DNA of 64,000 bases from Octopus vulgaris (Eukaryota), in contig OX597832.1 of NCBI GenBank assembly GCA_951406725.2, positions 3,968,001-4,032,000 on the forward strand. Reading direction: 5' to 3'. Every line of letters starts with the position of its first letter. Position 1 is the first letter of the stretch. The position numbers were made by a program, and so were the translations under genes. Positions 26,406 to 38,956 of this stretch are shown piece after piece. The notes below the pieces were generated by a model that saw only the letters and a program-made list of their open reading frames with translations, had not been told where the DNA came from and ran no database searches.

Positions 26406-27770
26406 TCATGGTCCCAGTGGACAAAATGGAAAAGCATTGCCCTGGAGGATGGCACTGGAACAATCAGGCTCACAGGGTTCCCACTTGCAGATAGTTAACT
26501 CCATCCTGTTAGTAGTGAGCAGGGATGTGGTCCAGGGAAAGATAATTCCTGAAATCTCCACTATTACAGGCTCAACCACAAACCTGTCGGAGAATAGCTG
26601 ATACTTTGACAGGCTGCTCTTCTCAGCCTGACAAGCAGCAAAGCTTGGGCTGGCATCTAAACACACCATGTTGCCATTGGAGAAGGTGCTACAACATGTA
26701 GCATCCCAGATGAGGGGCCTACCCTCATGGAAAGGAAAATTGTCATGCCATCTAGCCTGATTTTTACTGCCCCTTCAGTCTGGCCCCACTGGCTTGAGCT
26801 GGGAAGGGAAGCCTGTGGCATCTAGGCCATGTTTTATTATCTCATCGAGAGCAGCATGGTGCAGAAAGCAGCCATCACTATAATGGCATGACAATGGGTG
26901 GTGGCCAAAAGAATCCACAGTGGACTCACAGTAGCATTTGTGAGGCTCACAGATCTGGAGGTCCAGCCTCAGAGAAACACTGATGCACCGAGGTCACTAT
27001 TGAACTGAGTGCCAGTTGAGAGTGATGGCACTGTGTTGAGCCATGCACTGTGTTGAACCAGGCACTGTATTGAGCCATGCACTGCGTTGAGTCAGGCACT
27101 CTATTGAGCCATGCACTGTGTTGAGCCAGGAACTGTGTTGTGGGACTGGGAGGCTGAGTAGAACATGCCAGTTGGTGCACCAGCCCATCTGAGATCATGC
27201 AGCACTGGATGCCTTTCCACTTGTTTTGGGGGGAACCAGACGTCCACAAAGGGGTAAGAGGGATGGTTGTCTGCAGGGCAGAGGCCAGGCCAGCTCCATG
27301 TTGGTTAGGCCACCTCACGCTTCCCTATCACTAGGCTTATTTGTGTTGTGGAGAACTCTGTTGTTGAAGACATGACAAGAGGTCACCAATGAAAGAAATG
27401 CAGGTAAGGCCAATGGGACCAGAGATAGGAGGCCAGGGTCACCATATCTGATAGGTAAGGAGCCTGTTGCTATCCAGTGTCATCGAACTGGATGTTGCAT
27501 ATCTCTTCTATGGCCTGTTGAATATAGATGTTAAGATTTGTGAGGAGAAATGCATGGCTGTGCCAAGGGGCACTGTGGAAGGTATACATAGTGAATCAGT
27601 TCCTTGACAGGATGAATGTCAGGTGGGAATCAGTCACATTCAGTCTACTCATCAGATTTTCAAGCTGGTGAAGCCTGGACTTGAGGGTGAAGGTCAAAGT
27701 GGGGTATGGGTCTGAGGTTCATAGGTGGTTCAGGGTGTCTGAGCCAGAGGTTGAGGGTAGTGTTGTCAGA
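26406..27770 (-). pseudogene. CRE-clade non-LTR retrotransposon 3' half (post-RT region, CCHC knuckle, restriction-like endonuclease)
   Basis: GC-rich island. Minus-strand motifs: EEICNIQFDDTG*QQA.LPIRYGDPG..LALPAFLS; SWLNTVP; SLRLDLQICEPHKCYCESTVDSFGHHPLSC..HHAALDEIIK; RLDGMT..GRPLIWDATC; AACQAEKS..KY..EPVIVEISG; AILQGNA. Confidence 0.8.
27028..27140. repeat. 17-bp minisatellite (~6.6 units) inside the CRE ORF
   Basis: GCACTGTGTTGAGCCA(T/G) units with an alternating final T/G. Confidence 0.9.
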
Positions 27771-28489
27771 GGCAACTACTTTGATAAGCAAATACCTTCT
27801 TCAATAATTGCTGGCCTTGTGCCAAAACTTGAAAATAATATTAATAGTACTGTAGTTGATGGGTTCAGTGTTAGACACAGTTTGGGAAGGAACACTCATC
27901 ACTTATTTAACTTTTGAATGGTTTTGTCTAGAATGGCTGAGTCATCATTGAACTTATCTCAATTTTCATGGTAGCAAGGAGAGAGATGACATACTCTCTC
28001 TTGAATAGATTGTTTTTTGTACAATTGAAGAATTCAGTTTATCACTCTGTGTGCTAAAGAAAGGATAATAAAAACATATAGTCCCTCTACTGTATACTAG
28101 AGTGCTGAACTATACCTCTTCATAGTACTTATTAGTTGAACTGCCCAAGTTATTGACATGGCATTAAACTGTTAGGTTATTTCGAAAGGAAAGACTCTGA
28201 TATTCTCTTTTATCCTAAGTGGATGATTAAATCTGTAAACATGTGATAATACTGTAATTTTTATGACTTTCTTAGGCATTTAAATTTAATTAAAAGTTTT
28301 TTAGATTCTCCATTATGATTGTTAATTTTTTACTAAATCAACTTCAATAATTGCAGTTGATTATCAAAGTACAGATAGTTGATAAAATAAGGTATGGACA
28401 GCTAAACAAAAAGGCAAGTGTTTCAATGCTATATCTAATATTGTTTCGTATCCATGGTCAAAACATAATTCTCAACAGCTAGGTCTAAA

Positions 28490-28660
28490 GGTGACAAGCT
28501 GGGCGAAATGCTTAGTGGCATTTTGTCCATCTTCACATTCTGAGTTCAAATTCCATCCTTTCAGAGTTGATGAAATAAAGTGCCAGTTGAGTACCGGGGT
28601 CAATGTAATTAACCTACTCCTTGCCCTGAAATTGTTGGCCTTGTGCCAGAATTTTAAATC
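28490..28660 (+). mobile_element. SINE family B, internally deleted
   Basis: GCTGGGCGAAATGCTTAGTGGC...CTGAGTTCAAATTCC...GGGGTCAATGTAATT. Confidence 0.7.
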
Positions 28661-29425
28661 AATATCTATTTCCAGTGAAAGTACAAAATAGCAATTTTAT
28701 GTAACCAAGTAGGCATTTAATTTGTTCACTTAACCCACACAGGTCAGTCAAAGTATTTCTTCTTATGCTTTCTTTAATCCATCTCGACTTTCACTTATCT
28801 CTTCCTGCAGTTAGCTTTCCTTTTCAACATATAGTCAAACTATTTGTATTTTCCTTAATGCAGTCAATATCTTGCTATCTAGAATAACTATTCTCCATTC
28901 ATATTGTATAACCTAAAGAAAATGGTTAACTCGTTGATGTCTAGTTTCTTTTAAGAAAACTTCTTTTTTTTAATAGATAAGTTGATTAGCTATTAAATTA
29001 AACCATTCTAGTTTGGGTCAAATTAAAAAATAATGAGTTTCTCTAGTTTCTGTCTTGTTTCTTTTTAAACATTTCTTTTTATTTAAATAATATAAAAAAA
29101 TAATGTGAAGCTGGAATATTTACAAGATAGCTTTTTAGAACTAAAAGTGAATTTGAAAGAATAATCTATATTAATACACTAAGGCTGAAATGTGTTACAC
29201 TATTTTGTGATTACTTAAAGAGAAAGACAGAGAGTGAGAGAGAAAGTGGAAGAGAGAAGTGTTAACAACATGAGATAAGGAGAAGTAATAGTTATTACAT
29301 GGTTAAAAAGTTAGCTGAAGGGAGTGATAGAGAGAAAGCGAGTTAGAAATACAATGTTTAGCAGAGGGAAACTTTAAATATGATATATTATTGTGACTGA
29401 CAAGAAAATAACATTTTAATATTTT

Positions 29426-30624
29426 GAGATTTGTTTAGTTTGGCCCACAGATTTTTTAATTAATTTTTTTTAACTAACCAGTTTGAAACTTCATATACTG
29501 GTGGAATTTCTCAGGCAGAGAAACACGGTTTACTTTGGACATTTTTGACAAAATTTTGTATTTTAGAAATTATTTCATGTTAAAGTTGTATTTGGGTAAT
29601 TTTAGCCAATCAACAATATCTATTCAGTTGAAGAAAGCTACTGCTGTTTGCAATAGTAATCAAAGAGGAGCAACTTCCCGGTCATCTCTACTAAATGTCA
29701 CCTTTCTTCCCTTCTAGTCAGCATCATGCATTTCTTACTCTTTCCCTCCCTACTAGCAGACAGCCACTTCCACACTATCAACTAGTAACCAGTGAGTGAA
29801 CTTGTCACTGCAACTACAATTACCATATTTTCTGGTGTATAAGCTGTTATTTTTTACCTGGAAAATTTAGAATGTGGCTTGTAGAAAAGTATACCTTATA
29901 TGTATACTTTTTTATAAGTTTCAGGAGGAAAATAATTTGTGTATGGAGATTGACTGATTCCACTGATTTTTTCAGTTGGTGAACAATGTGAAAGACTATG
30001 ACTACAGTATATTGGTGCTTAGAAGAAAACAAAGCATATTTGTTTCGTTTTATCTTCATGTTTTGATAATGTTATTTTTAATCTAAGACTTTTATATTGA
30101 TGAAATGTGTTTGTTGCTGACTATAGTAAGATAAAATCGTTACAATAACAATACTTCTCATAGTTATAAAATAAGGCATTTTGAAACTACATACAAACTA
30201 CATACAAACTACATACCTCAACAACAAAAAAGCTAGCTGTAGACCTGTAGCTCTATATGTTTACTAGTTACTCCGACGCAAGAACCAAAGGGAAAAAAGG
30301 CATGTAATATGTAACACAGGCAGTAAACAAAAAACAAAATAGAACAGAGTGGTGACATTTAGCAGTGATGACCTTGAAGTTGTTCTTCTTCAATTGCTAT
30401 CACAAACAGCAGTAGCTTTCTTCAACTAAATACACATCATTGATTGGCAAGAATTACCCAAATACAACTTTAACACAAAATAACTTCTAAAATACGAAAG
30501 TTTGTCAAAAATGTTCAAAGTAAACCATGTTCTACATGAGAAATTCCACCAGTATACGAAGTTTCAAACTGTTTGGTTGAAAAAAAATAATTAAAAAATC
30601 TCTGAACCAAATTGATCTGATCCC
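29426..30624. mobile_element. Non-autonomous DNA transposon with ~275-bp terminal inverted repeats
   Basis: 29426-29703 is the reverse complement of ~30350-30624; non-coding interior with an 11-bp x3 repeat (AAACTACATAC) near 30184-30216; GAG.../...CCC termini; no clean TSD. Confidence 0.8.
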
Positions 30625-30800
30625 AATTGTTTTTATATCTTCTATCTGTCAATCTATTTATCTATCAATCCACATTGACAAATACATCGATGGCTGGACA
30701 GAAGAAGGAAGGCTTACATTATATATGTTAATAAACTTAACATAAATAGAAAGATAGGTTTTTTTAATGAAAGTAAAATAATAGAGCAAAATATTTGTGG

Positions 30801-31145
30801 ATTATTTATATTATTTACATTCAATAGATATTTGTCCTCATCCGGTTTGTTGTTAGTACAACATTTCAGCTGATATACCCTCCAGCCTTCTTCAGGTGTC
30901 TTGGGGAAATTTCGAACCTGGGTTCTCATTCCTCAGGTATTTTTCGATGTTATTATTATTATTATTATTATTATCATTGTTATTGTTCAGTTCACTGCTT
31001 GGAATTGAACTCGGAATCTTGGGGTTAGTAGCCCGTGCTCTTAACCACTATGCCATATGCCCAGGGGCTTATGGCGTAGTGGTTAAAAGCTACTAACCCT
31101 AAGATTCCGAGTTCGATTCCAAACAGTGACCTGAACAATAATAAC

Positions 31146-31188
<43 letters not shown>

Positions 31189-31327
31189 TCAAAAAATACC
31201 TTAGGAATGAGAACCCAGGTTCGAAATTTCCCCAAGACACCTGAAGAAGGCTGGAGGGTATATTAGCTGAAACCTTGTGCTAGCAACAAACAGGATGAGG
31301 ACAAATATCTGTCAAATGTACATAATT
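30801..31327. mobile_element. Family H1 head-to-head palindromic pair (tRNA-like head, (AAT)n, hammerhead)
   Basis: Arms 30801-31062(-) and 31064-31327(+); hammerhead cores at 30855-30900(-) and 31236-31281(+); candidate 10-bp TSD ATTTGTGGAT/ATTTGTAGAT. Confidence 0.85.
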
Positions 31328-33544
31328 TGTAGATGTTATTATCTTTTTTAAATTTGTCATTTGAAATTTATACTGACATCAAGAAAAGTAGGCACAAACA
31401 AGCAACTGAACTGAAATGAAATGAAATAATGCTTTTGGCAAACATCTTAGACTAAACTTTGTTACTGAAAACTATAAGGATTTAAGGATTTATCACTTAA
31501 TGTATTTGCAAAGGTGCAATTAGTTATCGTCTGCTAACTTGAAAATTGCTATTTGTTTATAAGATATGGATGACAGACGATATAAGCTAACAAGACAAAG
31601 AATGCAACAATGTAAAGAGAAACAGAGAGTTGAATCACTAGAACAAGCATGGTAGCATTGGTGTGTAGAAGGCAAAATATTAATCAAAGAGAATAGAGTA
31701 CTTACAACAGATAAGGGAACGTGTTCAAGATAGAATGTGAAATGAAAATGTGAGAGAACATAAAAAAACTGTAAACATGTGGTTGAAAGTTACAACATTG
31801 GTGACATGAATATTCTTTATAATCATTGTGAAGGTCTTAGATTTATAAATGAAACTCTGAAATACTGCGTGTATCAGAAAGTCATGCTCCTTCAATTACA
31901 GCCTCAGCCAGAAGAACTGAAAGCTGTTCATGAATGAAAATAATGCAGAAATACATTTATATAGGAACACTAATATTTACGGTTCTATATAAACTTAGAA
32001 ACATCTAATAATTCTTGTATTTACTGTGAAATTCCCATGGGTACTGCTAGTTATTTAAGAAAACACAAAAATTTCAGCATACTCACTAATAGAATATTTA
32101 CTTTTTGTTAAAATATCAAATGATACAGGAATTTCTGCAATCAGGAAATATTTATTTTAAGAAATTAGTTTGTTTATAGTACATAACAATAATTGCATAC
32201 AGCACAGCAATGATCTTTTTTTTCTTTCATTTTCTTCCAGTTACTTTTTTGTCGATGCCAAGTGAGGCACTGTTGCCTCATTAAAACAAATATTCATCCT
32301 TTCACTATCTTTCCCCTTCTGTAAAAATAAACTATTTTGAGAATTCATCATCATCATTGTTGTCCTTATATTTGTAACATGTATTTTGTATGCTGTGTAG
32401 TTAACAACTTTAGATTGAAAACAAGAAGACTTGGAAGCAAAATATAAAGAAAACAAAGAGAAGGAATATATAGAAGATCCAGACAGCACTTAGTGGTACT
32501 TGTTGTTATGATAACGAAAAGGAAATAGAGAATTATGTTACAAAGGACAGCTGGGTATTTCTGTGAAACAATTTGCTACAAACCATTGTCCAATATAGTT
32601 GAGAGATCAGTGACCAAGCCAGGTAACAGACTATATGGTGATAGAATATTATAGTAGGTAGGACTAGCATGGAATTGTATACAAACTAAGTAAAAAGCAA
32701 TACATCAGACAAAAGAGAAATAGAAATTGGTTTACAAAGATTCAACCAGGGTGAACGATCTGAGGTATTCAAACTTGCAAGGATATGTATTTGTATGAAT
32801 CAAAATGCCAGTGGGACAGTATTAAAGATAAAATTAGCAAGGTTATCAAATTAGTATTTAGAGGCATAGTGAAAAGTAAACCAGTTGGAACTAATTGAGG
32901 AGCAAGCTATTAACATTAGAATAAGTATGATTAATAAAGGTACTATGGAGATGAAGGCAGGAATAAAGATGCTATGGAGACTTTCACAGGGAATTCATTG
33001 TTAGACCCATGACTAATTTACCTTACTGTCAGTTCCTCTTTACATGGCTTGTACAGCTCTCACAAACTATTCATCTACTCCAAGCTTCTTCAAATTGCAG
33101 AGGATGGAACCCTGTTGACAATGTTTTCTACATCAATGAACCTAGGTATAGTTGCTTGCTCCTAACTAGATACTTCCCCTGCAGCCTTCTCACAAAGGAA
33201 GATGTCATCAGCAATACATTTTCATAGAACAAAACCAAACTGCATTGTATCTATGTTAATACTCATCTTAATCAATTACACTATAATTCTTTCACTAACT
33301 CTCTTAATCTGATCCAATGGTCTAATACCTCAATTGTAACCTTTCTCTCTAATACATCACCATTGTCGTTGTAACAATTGCCAATGAGGCTGCTCTATCA
33401 ATCATTGGGTATGGCTCTCTTCTGCACTACCTGATTTACTAAGCAGGTGACCAGCCCTTACTCTACCAGATATTTTATGCATTGCATTTTAGTTGTGAGT
33501 GCTACCATCACACAAGTAGTGTCCTCCATTTCCAAAAAGCTGCA

Positions 33545-33695
33545 GAAATATGTTTGGCCCAAGGGGAAATATTACCTTGTTTGGAAATGAGCTGAGGGTT
33601 GATGACATGGAGGGCATCCAGCCATAGAAAATCTACCTGAACAAACTCCATCTGATCCAAGCAAGCATGGAAAAGTAGATATTTAACAACAATGA
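33545..33695 (+). mobile_element. RTE-tailed repeat 3' part
   Basis: GGGGAAATATTACCTTG...GAGGGCATCCAGCCATAGAAAATCT...GCAAGCATGGAAAAGT; like 3100-3200. Confidence 0.55.
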
Positions 33696-36341
33696 TATTG
33701 ATATATATCTATATAAAAGTGAGTGAAGAAATGACAGAGAGTAACACTCAGGACATTTAGTAGGGCTTTAGGAGTTGCAGGTATTTTTTAATAACAGTTT
33801 GATTCAGCTTCATACAACTTAAAGTTTTGTCTGCTTGTCAAACAAACCTAACTCACCTCTCTATGAGCCTCATGAGTTAGACTCATTTGACAAGCCCACA
33901 AAATTTTAAGTTGCATGGAGCCAAGGCAAACTGTTATAAGATAACACACACACAGACACACAAATGTGTGTGTGTGTGTGTGTGTGTATGTGTGTGCATG
34001 TATATAAATAATAAATAAAAAAGTACAAGTGAAACTGGCTTTGCTTAATTTTTCCTCATATTCTCAGCAGATACTGACATCTTCTGTGTCTAACGATGGT
34101 ATTCAATATTTGTATATGTCATTTATTGATGGCACATGTGTATTATATGATGGCAAATCTATAGTTCCTGTTAGTGACAAGCATCACAAGTGCATATATG
34201 TTGCTGGCTTGAAGTGAGAAGTCCTTTGAGAGCTGATGATTGTTGCCTGCAAAGCCATGTTATTTTCATCTCCTGATCATTGTGTTCACCATCATCAACA
34301 TCATCTTTGTTAATAACTTTAAAAGTATATTAACATTTAGTATTTTTCAGCTTCTTGACTTTCCGTTTTGGCAGTGTTAATAGCTCTTACAAGTATAGTA
34401 ATAACTAGAAATTTATGCATAATTAAATAAGACTCATTTAATGTTCTCATAATATCTGAGACACATAATTTGCAAGATATAATGAACTTTGAATTACATG
34501 TAACATTTATTGGTCAATTATATGAGTGCTTTGACATTAACTCTGTGATGAAATGATGTTTTCAGTCAAAACAGTCCCCAAAGTATGCCTTAACTAATTT
34601 CCTATACTTCACCTACAGCAGCAATTCATTTTTACTTATACTGTATATGTTTTTGCAGAATAAGCTCTCTCTCTCCCCTGCAGAACCACATAATGATTGT
34701 TAGTATGTTTCCTCCCAGAAATGGTACTATCATAACACATCAGACCAAAAAAAGTTGTTGTTTTTTTTCACTTCAAAGTGGAGAAATGTAAAATTGGACA
34801 TTCATATCTTCATTCATCAAAGCATTTAGGATTTATTTTATAAAGTTGTTTCAACTGGAATTCAAATCTAGTTGGTTCACATAGTTCCTTGTATTTTGTT
34901 TTACATCACTTGAGTTTAAGTTCAAATTCTACTGTCAGTTCCTGGAATCTGTGTGTCAGTTGCTGAAATCATTCCAGTTTCTGAAACATTGGTTTTACAC
35001 CACATCAAGAGAAATTAATAATGATTTCATACATAAATTGTAAACATAGACTTGTAGCTAAAGAGAAATTAGACTATATGATGTTCATCTATTTCCTAAT
35101 GATACAAATTAAGTAAATGCCCTGCAGCCACTAATTAAAATTCTTGATTCATTTTAATAAGTAATGATGTTTGATTGGTAAAACAAAATTAGTTTTAATG
35201 TTATTTTCATGGAATAATACAACAATAACCCAGAGTCTAAAAAGGAGATGACTGCTGATTTTCATCAATTCACAGCTCTTCGCGAATGCATGTAAAATTT
35301 TATAAACCCTATGGAATCAATGCACATCTGTAATTGTCTCTGTTACACCACTTGGGTTTAATATGATTTTAAGTCCTATTGTAATAATATTTCTTTTTTA
35401 TATAAATTGATCGGAAGATGAGAGATAATACCCATGACATTTCCAGTTTATTCTAGGCTTGTGAGAATATAGTGGATGCCCTCCATGTTACTATATATAT
35501 GGAAAAAGTTTGTATGAGAACAAGGTAACCAGAAGTCTGATTGAATGCTTTCAAGAGAGTAAGCTTTGCTAATGGCACCTCAAAATCAGATGGTGTGTTA
35601 GACTTGCTACATAATAAGACCTCACTTGTCAGTCATCCAAGCTAGACTAACTTTTAGAATTTTCTCAAGATAATGTTATAAATAATTTAATTTCCTGTTC
35701 CCCCCCCCCCACCATAATATTTGGTAGCATTAGAAATTTGAATTTGAAATTAAGAAATTATAAGAAAAAAGTTGCATGGAATATACGTATTCAGTTCATT
35801 TATTTTTATTTATTTATTTAACTGCTTACTTATCACAAAATTCTTAAAATTTCTAGTGAATGGTAATCATATTTAGCACTATTTCATTCTTTTTAGAAAT
35901 CATCAGTATGACATAACCTGGGATCTACTAATTAAACATTTTACAAAATGAGATATTTTTTGTAGATGGGAAATAATTGCAGTCTGGCAGAGATTCATGG
36001 AATATGTTTTTCATTTTTAATTTTTTTTCTTCATTGAGCATTATCACCTTAGCAATCAAGAGCGAGAAAATTCTTAGTGCTTACATGCCGGGCAAGCATT
36101 TCCTGGGAGGGAGTTGTCAATGTAAATTTGAAAGTTCATCTTGGTAATAATTAGGTTCTTGTTGTATGTGTTTCCCTATCAGAATTTTAATACATATTTG
36201 CATAACTGTCTCTCTCTACCTTCATCTAATATCAGTCTAATACTGCTTAAATTCTAAGAACCTTTCCTTCTAAATTATATTTATGTCACTGTAATTTCAT
36301 AAATATTTAATGAAACTATATTATTTTACATATTGCTTTAA

Positions 36342-36547
36342 CCCTTTCATTACCAACCCTCCTGAAACTGGCTGTGGCTCTGTAGTACAATGTCCTGTTT
36401 TCATAAGTTTTGAATTAAAATCTTACACCAAACCTTAGTCCCAATTTATGTTCCCAACACTAGCTTAATGATAATGAAGTTATTTTCTAAATTCTTTGTT
36501 ATATTTAAAATAATTGAAAGAAACACAGAACATCTCAAAATAAAGGG
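36342..36547. mobile_element. piggyBac-type MITE
   Basis: TTAA|CCCTTT...AAAGGG|TTAA (TTAA at 36338-36341 and 36548-36551); decayed relative at ~57887-58112. Confidence 0.75.
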
Positions 36548-36804
36548 TTAAGTGTGTGATGCTTCCTTCAACTGCTTACAACTAAAAATCACAATGATTT
36601 CAGCACTTTTTAATAGTATCCATCTGTCCAAAATTACTGGGAAGCTGGTTCTTTTGGGCCACACTTCAGTGCAATCTTTTCTTCCATCATCCATGAAGCA
36701 ATAACTATTCTGATCATGCAGAAGCTACGTTTTAACAACTCATTGAGGAGTTATTCACTGTTCTTTGCCTTTCATATGCATTTGTCATATTCATTGAGAA
36801 GCAT

Positions 36805-36839
<35 letters not shown>

Positions 36840-36849
36840 ATATAAACAT

Positions 36850-37105
36850 ATACAATGGGCTTCTTTCTGTTTCTGTCTACCAAATTCACTCACAAGGCTT
36901 TGGTCAGCCTGAGGCTATAGCAGAAGACACTTGCCCATGGAACTGAAATTAGACTATATGATGTTCATCTATTCCCTAATGATACAAATTAAGTAAATGC
37001 CCTGCAGCCACTAATTAAAATTCTTGATTCATCTTTGGTAGACAGAACCCAGAACCATGTGGTTGGGAAGCAAGCTTCTTACCATACAGCCATGCCTGTG
37101 CCTAT
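36850..37105 (-). mobile_element. SINE family A 5' half interrupted by a templated insertion
   Basis: SINE sequence lies on both sides of 36945-37046, which copies 35065-35152. Confidence 0.8.
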
Positions 37106-37877
37106 ACTTACAAATCATTACAGCCTCTTGCAAAATGAAACTAGGAACTGAATTAACAAAATTTTATATTTATAGAGAAAGTTTCTTAAAAGAGTAAAAA
37201 ATAGTAAAATTAGTTTACATCAGTATAGGAAATTGATGGAAGTCATTTGATAATATAACTTTGTATGTAAACCTAAACAGTTTATTTTTTAAAATTCAGT
37301 TTCTTTAATTTCACTGACACTACTAAAAGCTTTAAGGAACACTTGGACATCACAACATTAACTTCTTTTGCTCTGCAGTATAATTTTGGATTCTACAAAT
37401 GTCAGAAATAACGTTTCTTCATCTATAATTATGCAGTATACATTTAATCTTATGTATTACTGCTAATATTATGTGCTACACTATTAATTACACAAGTAAT
37501 AGTATGAGCTAAGTGTTATTAATTACCTGCTTAGCAAATTAGTCAATAAAATAGATTAAAGAAAAAATTTGTTTAGTTGCTGAAGAGACTGAAATGACAT
37601 ATCAATAACAATGACCCATAAATTCATTTTACCAACAAAATAACAGATTTTCAAATATCCCAATGGCTTGACATATTTTTTTTTAATGTAGTGATCAAAT
37701 ATTCTATATCCCGCTGTATAACACCTTAGGTAAGTGTCTTCTATTATATCCCTAGGCTGACCAGTGCCTTGTGAGTGAATTTGATAGACAGAAATGGTGA
37801 GAAAGTCAGCTATATGATTGATTGATTGATTGATTCTAGTTTCAGCTCATGAGCTGTGGCCATGCTGGGGCACCGCC

Positions 37878-37934
<57 letters not shown>

Positions 37935-37937
<3 letters not shown>

Positions 37938-38072
37938 CGTTTTGGGATTTGGTTTGCAAGATTCTTTATATGTGTTGAAGCATAAAATAAAAATAAAAAA
38001 TAAGTGGAAATTTTACCGGTGAGTGTGTTACATTATAAGGCACAAAAATAAAATGACTCTCCCCAGACACAA
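37935..38072. mobile_element. Collapsed copy of the 4832-5312 fold-back element
   Basis: First part is the reverse complement of 5257-5312; second part matches 5165-5250 directly; lies in (TA)n. Confidence 0.7.
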
Positions 38073-38074
38073 AA

Positions 38075-38110
<36 letters not shown>

Positions 38111-38526
38111 TATTTTCACTCAGTACACTTTCTATTCTGTCTCATATTCACATTGTATTTGGACCTCACATTACTCTTTCTAACTTTCCAGGTGAGCAAG
38201 CCATGTATTCACCTCTTCAGCAAGACACCTGCTCCTTTTCCTCTACCATAGTTTCTTTCTCTAGTCTATACCTCATTCAGTTGAGGGGCCTTACCTCATG
38301 AATATTTTGCAACCTCACTGGTGCTAGGGTTACATAAAAAAAGGACCCAGTGCACTCTATGAAATGGTTGGCATTAAGAAAGGCATCCAACTGTAGAAAC
38401 CATGCCAAATCAGATATTGAAGCTTGGCACAGCCCTCTAGCTCATCAGTGCAACCCATGCCAGTAAGGAAAAAGGGATGTTAAATAAGGGTGATGATGAT
38501 GTTGATGATAATGATATACATAGATG

Positions 38527-38604
<78 letters not shown>

Positions 38605-38619
38605 GAGATAGATAGATGA

Positions 38620-38835
38620 AGGTGGTGAGCTGGGAGAAACATTAGCACACTGGGTGAATTGCTTAGCAGTACTTTGTCTGTCTTTACATTCTGAGTTCAA
38701 ATTCCACTGAGGTCAACTTTGCCTTTCATAAATTGAGTATCAGTTATGTACTAGAGTCGATGTCATCGACTTAATCCCGTTGTCTGTCCTTGTTTGTCCC
38801 ATCTATGTTTAGCCTCTTGTTGGCAATAAAGAAAT

Positions 38836-38840
<5 letters not shown>
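38620..38840 (+). mobile_element. SINE family B between (GATA)n tracts
   Basis: GGTGGTGAGCTGGGAGAAACATTAGC...GGCAATAAAGAAATAAG; (GATA)n at 38520-38617 and 38837-38880. Confidence 0.8.
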
Positions 38841-38881
<41 letters not shown>

Positions 38882-38956
38882 CATACATACATACATACAT
38901 ACATACATACATACATACATACATACATACATACATACATTAATACATACATACAT

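Noticed and set aside
27028-27140. CRISPR-like short repeats
   Set aside because: Units are contiguous with no unique spacers, there are no cas genes, and the context is eukaryotic; this is a minisatellite.
30990-31135. Possible tRNA genes (ACT in a 7-nt loop)
   Set aside because: No proper acceptor or T stem, and one copy has a deletion; treated as tRNA-derived promoter sequence.
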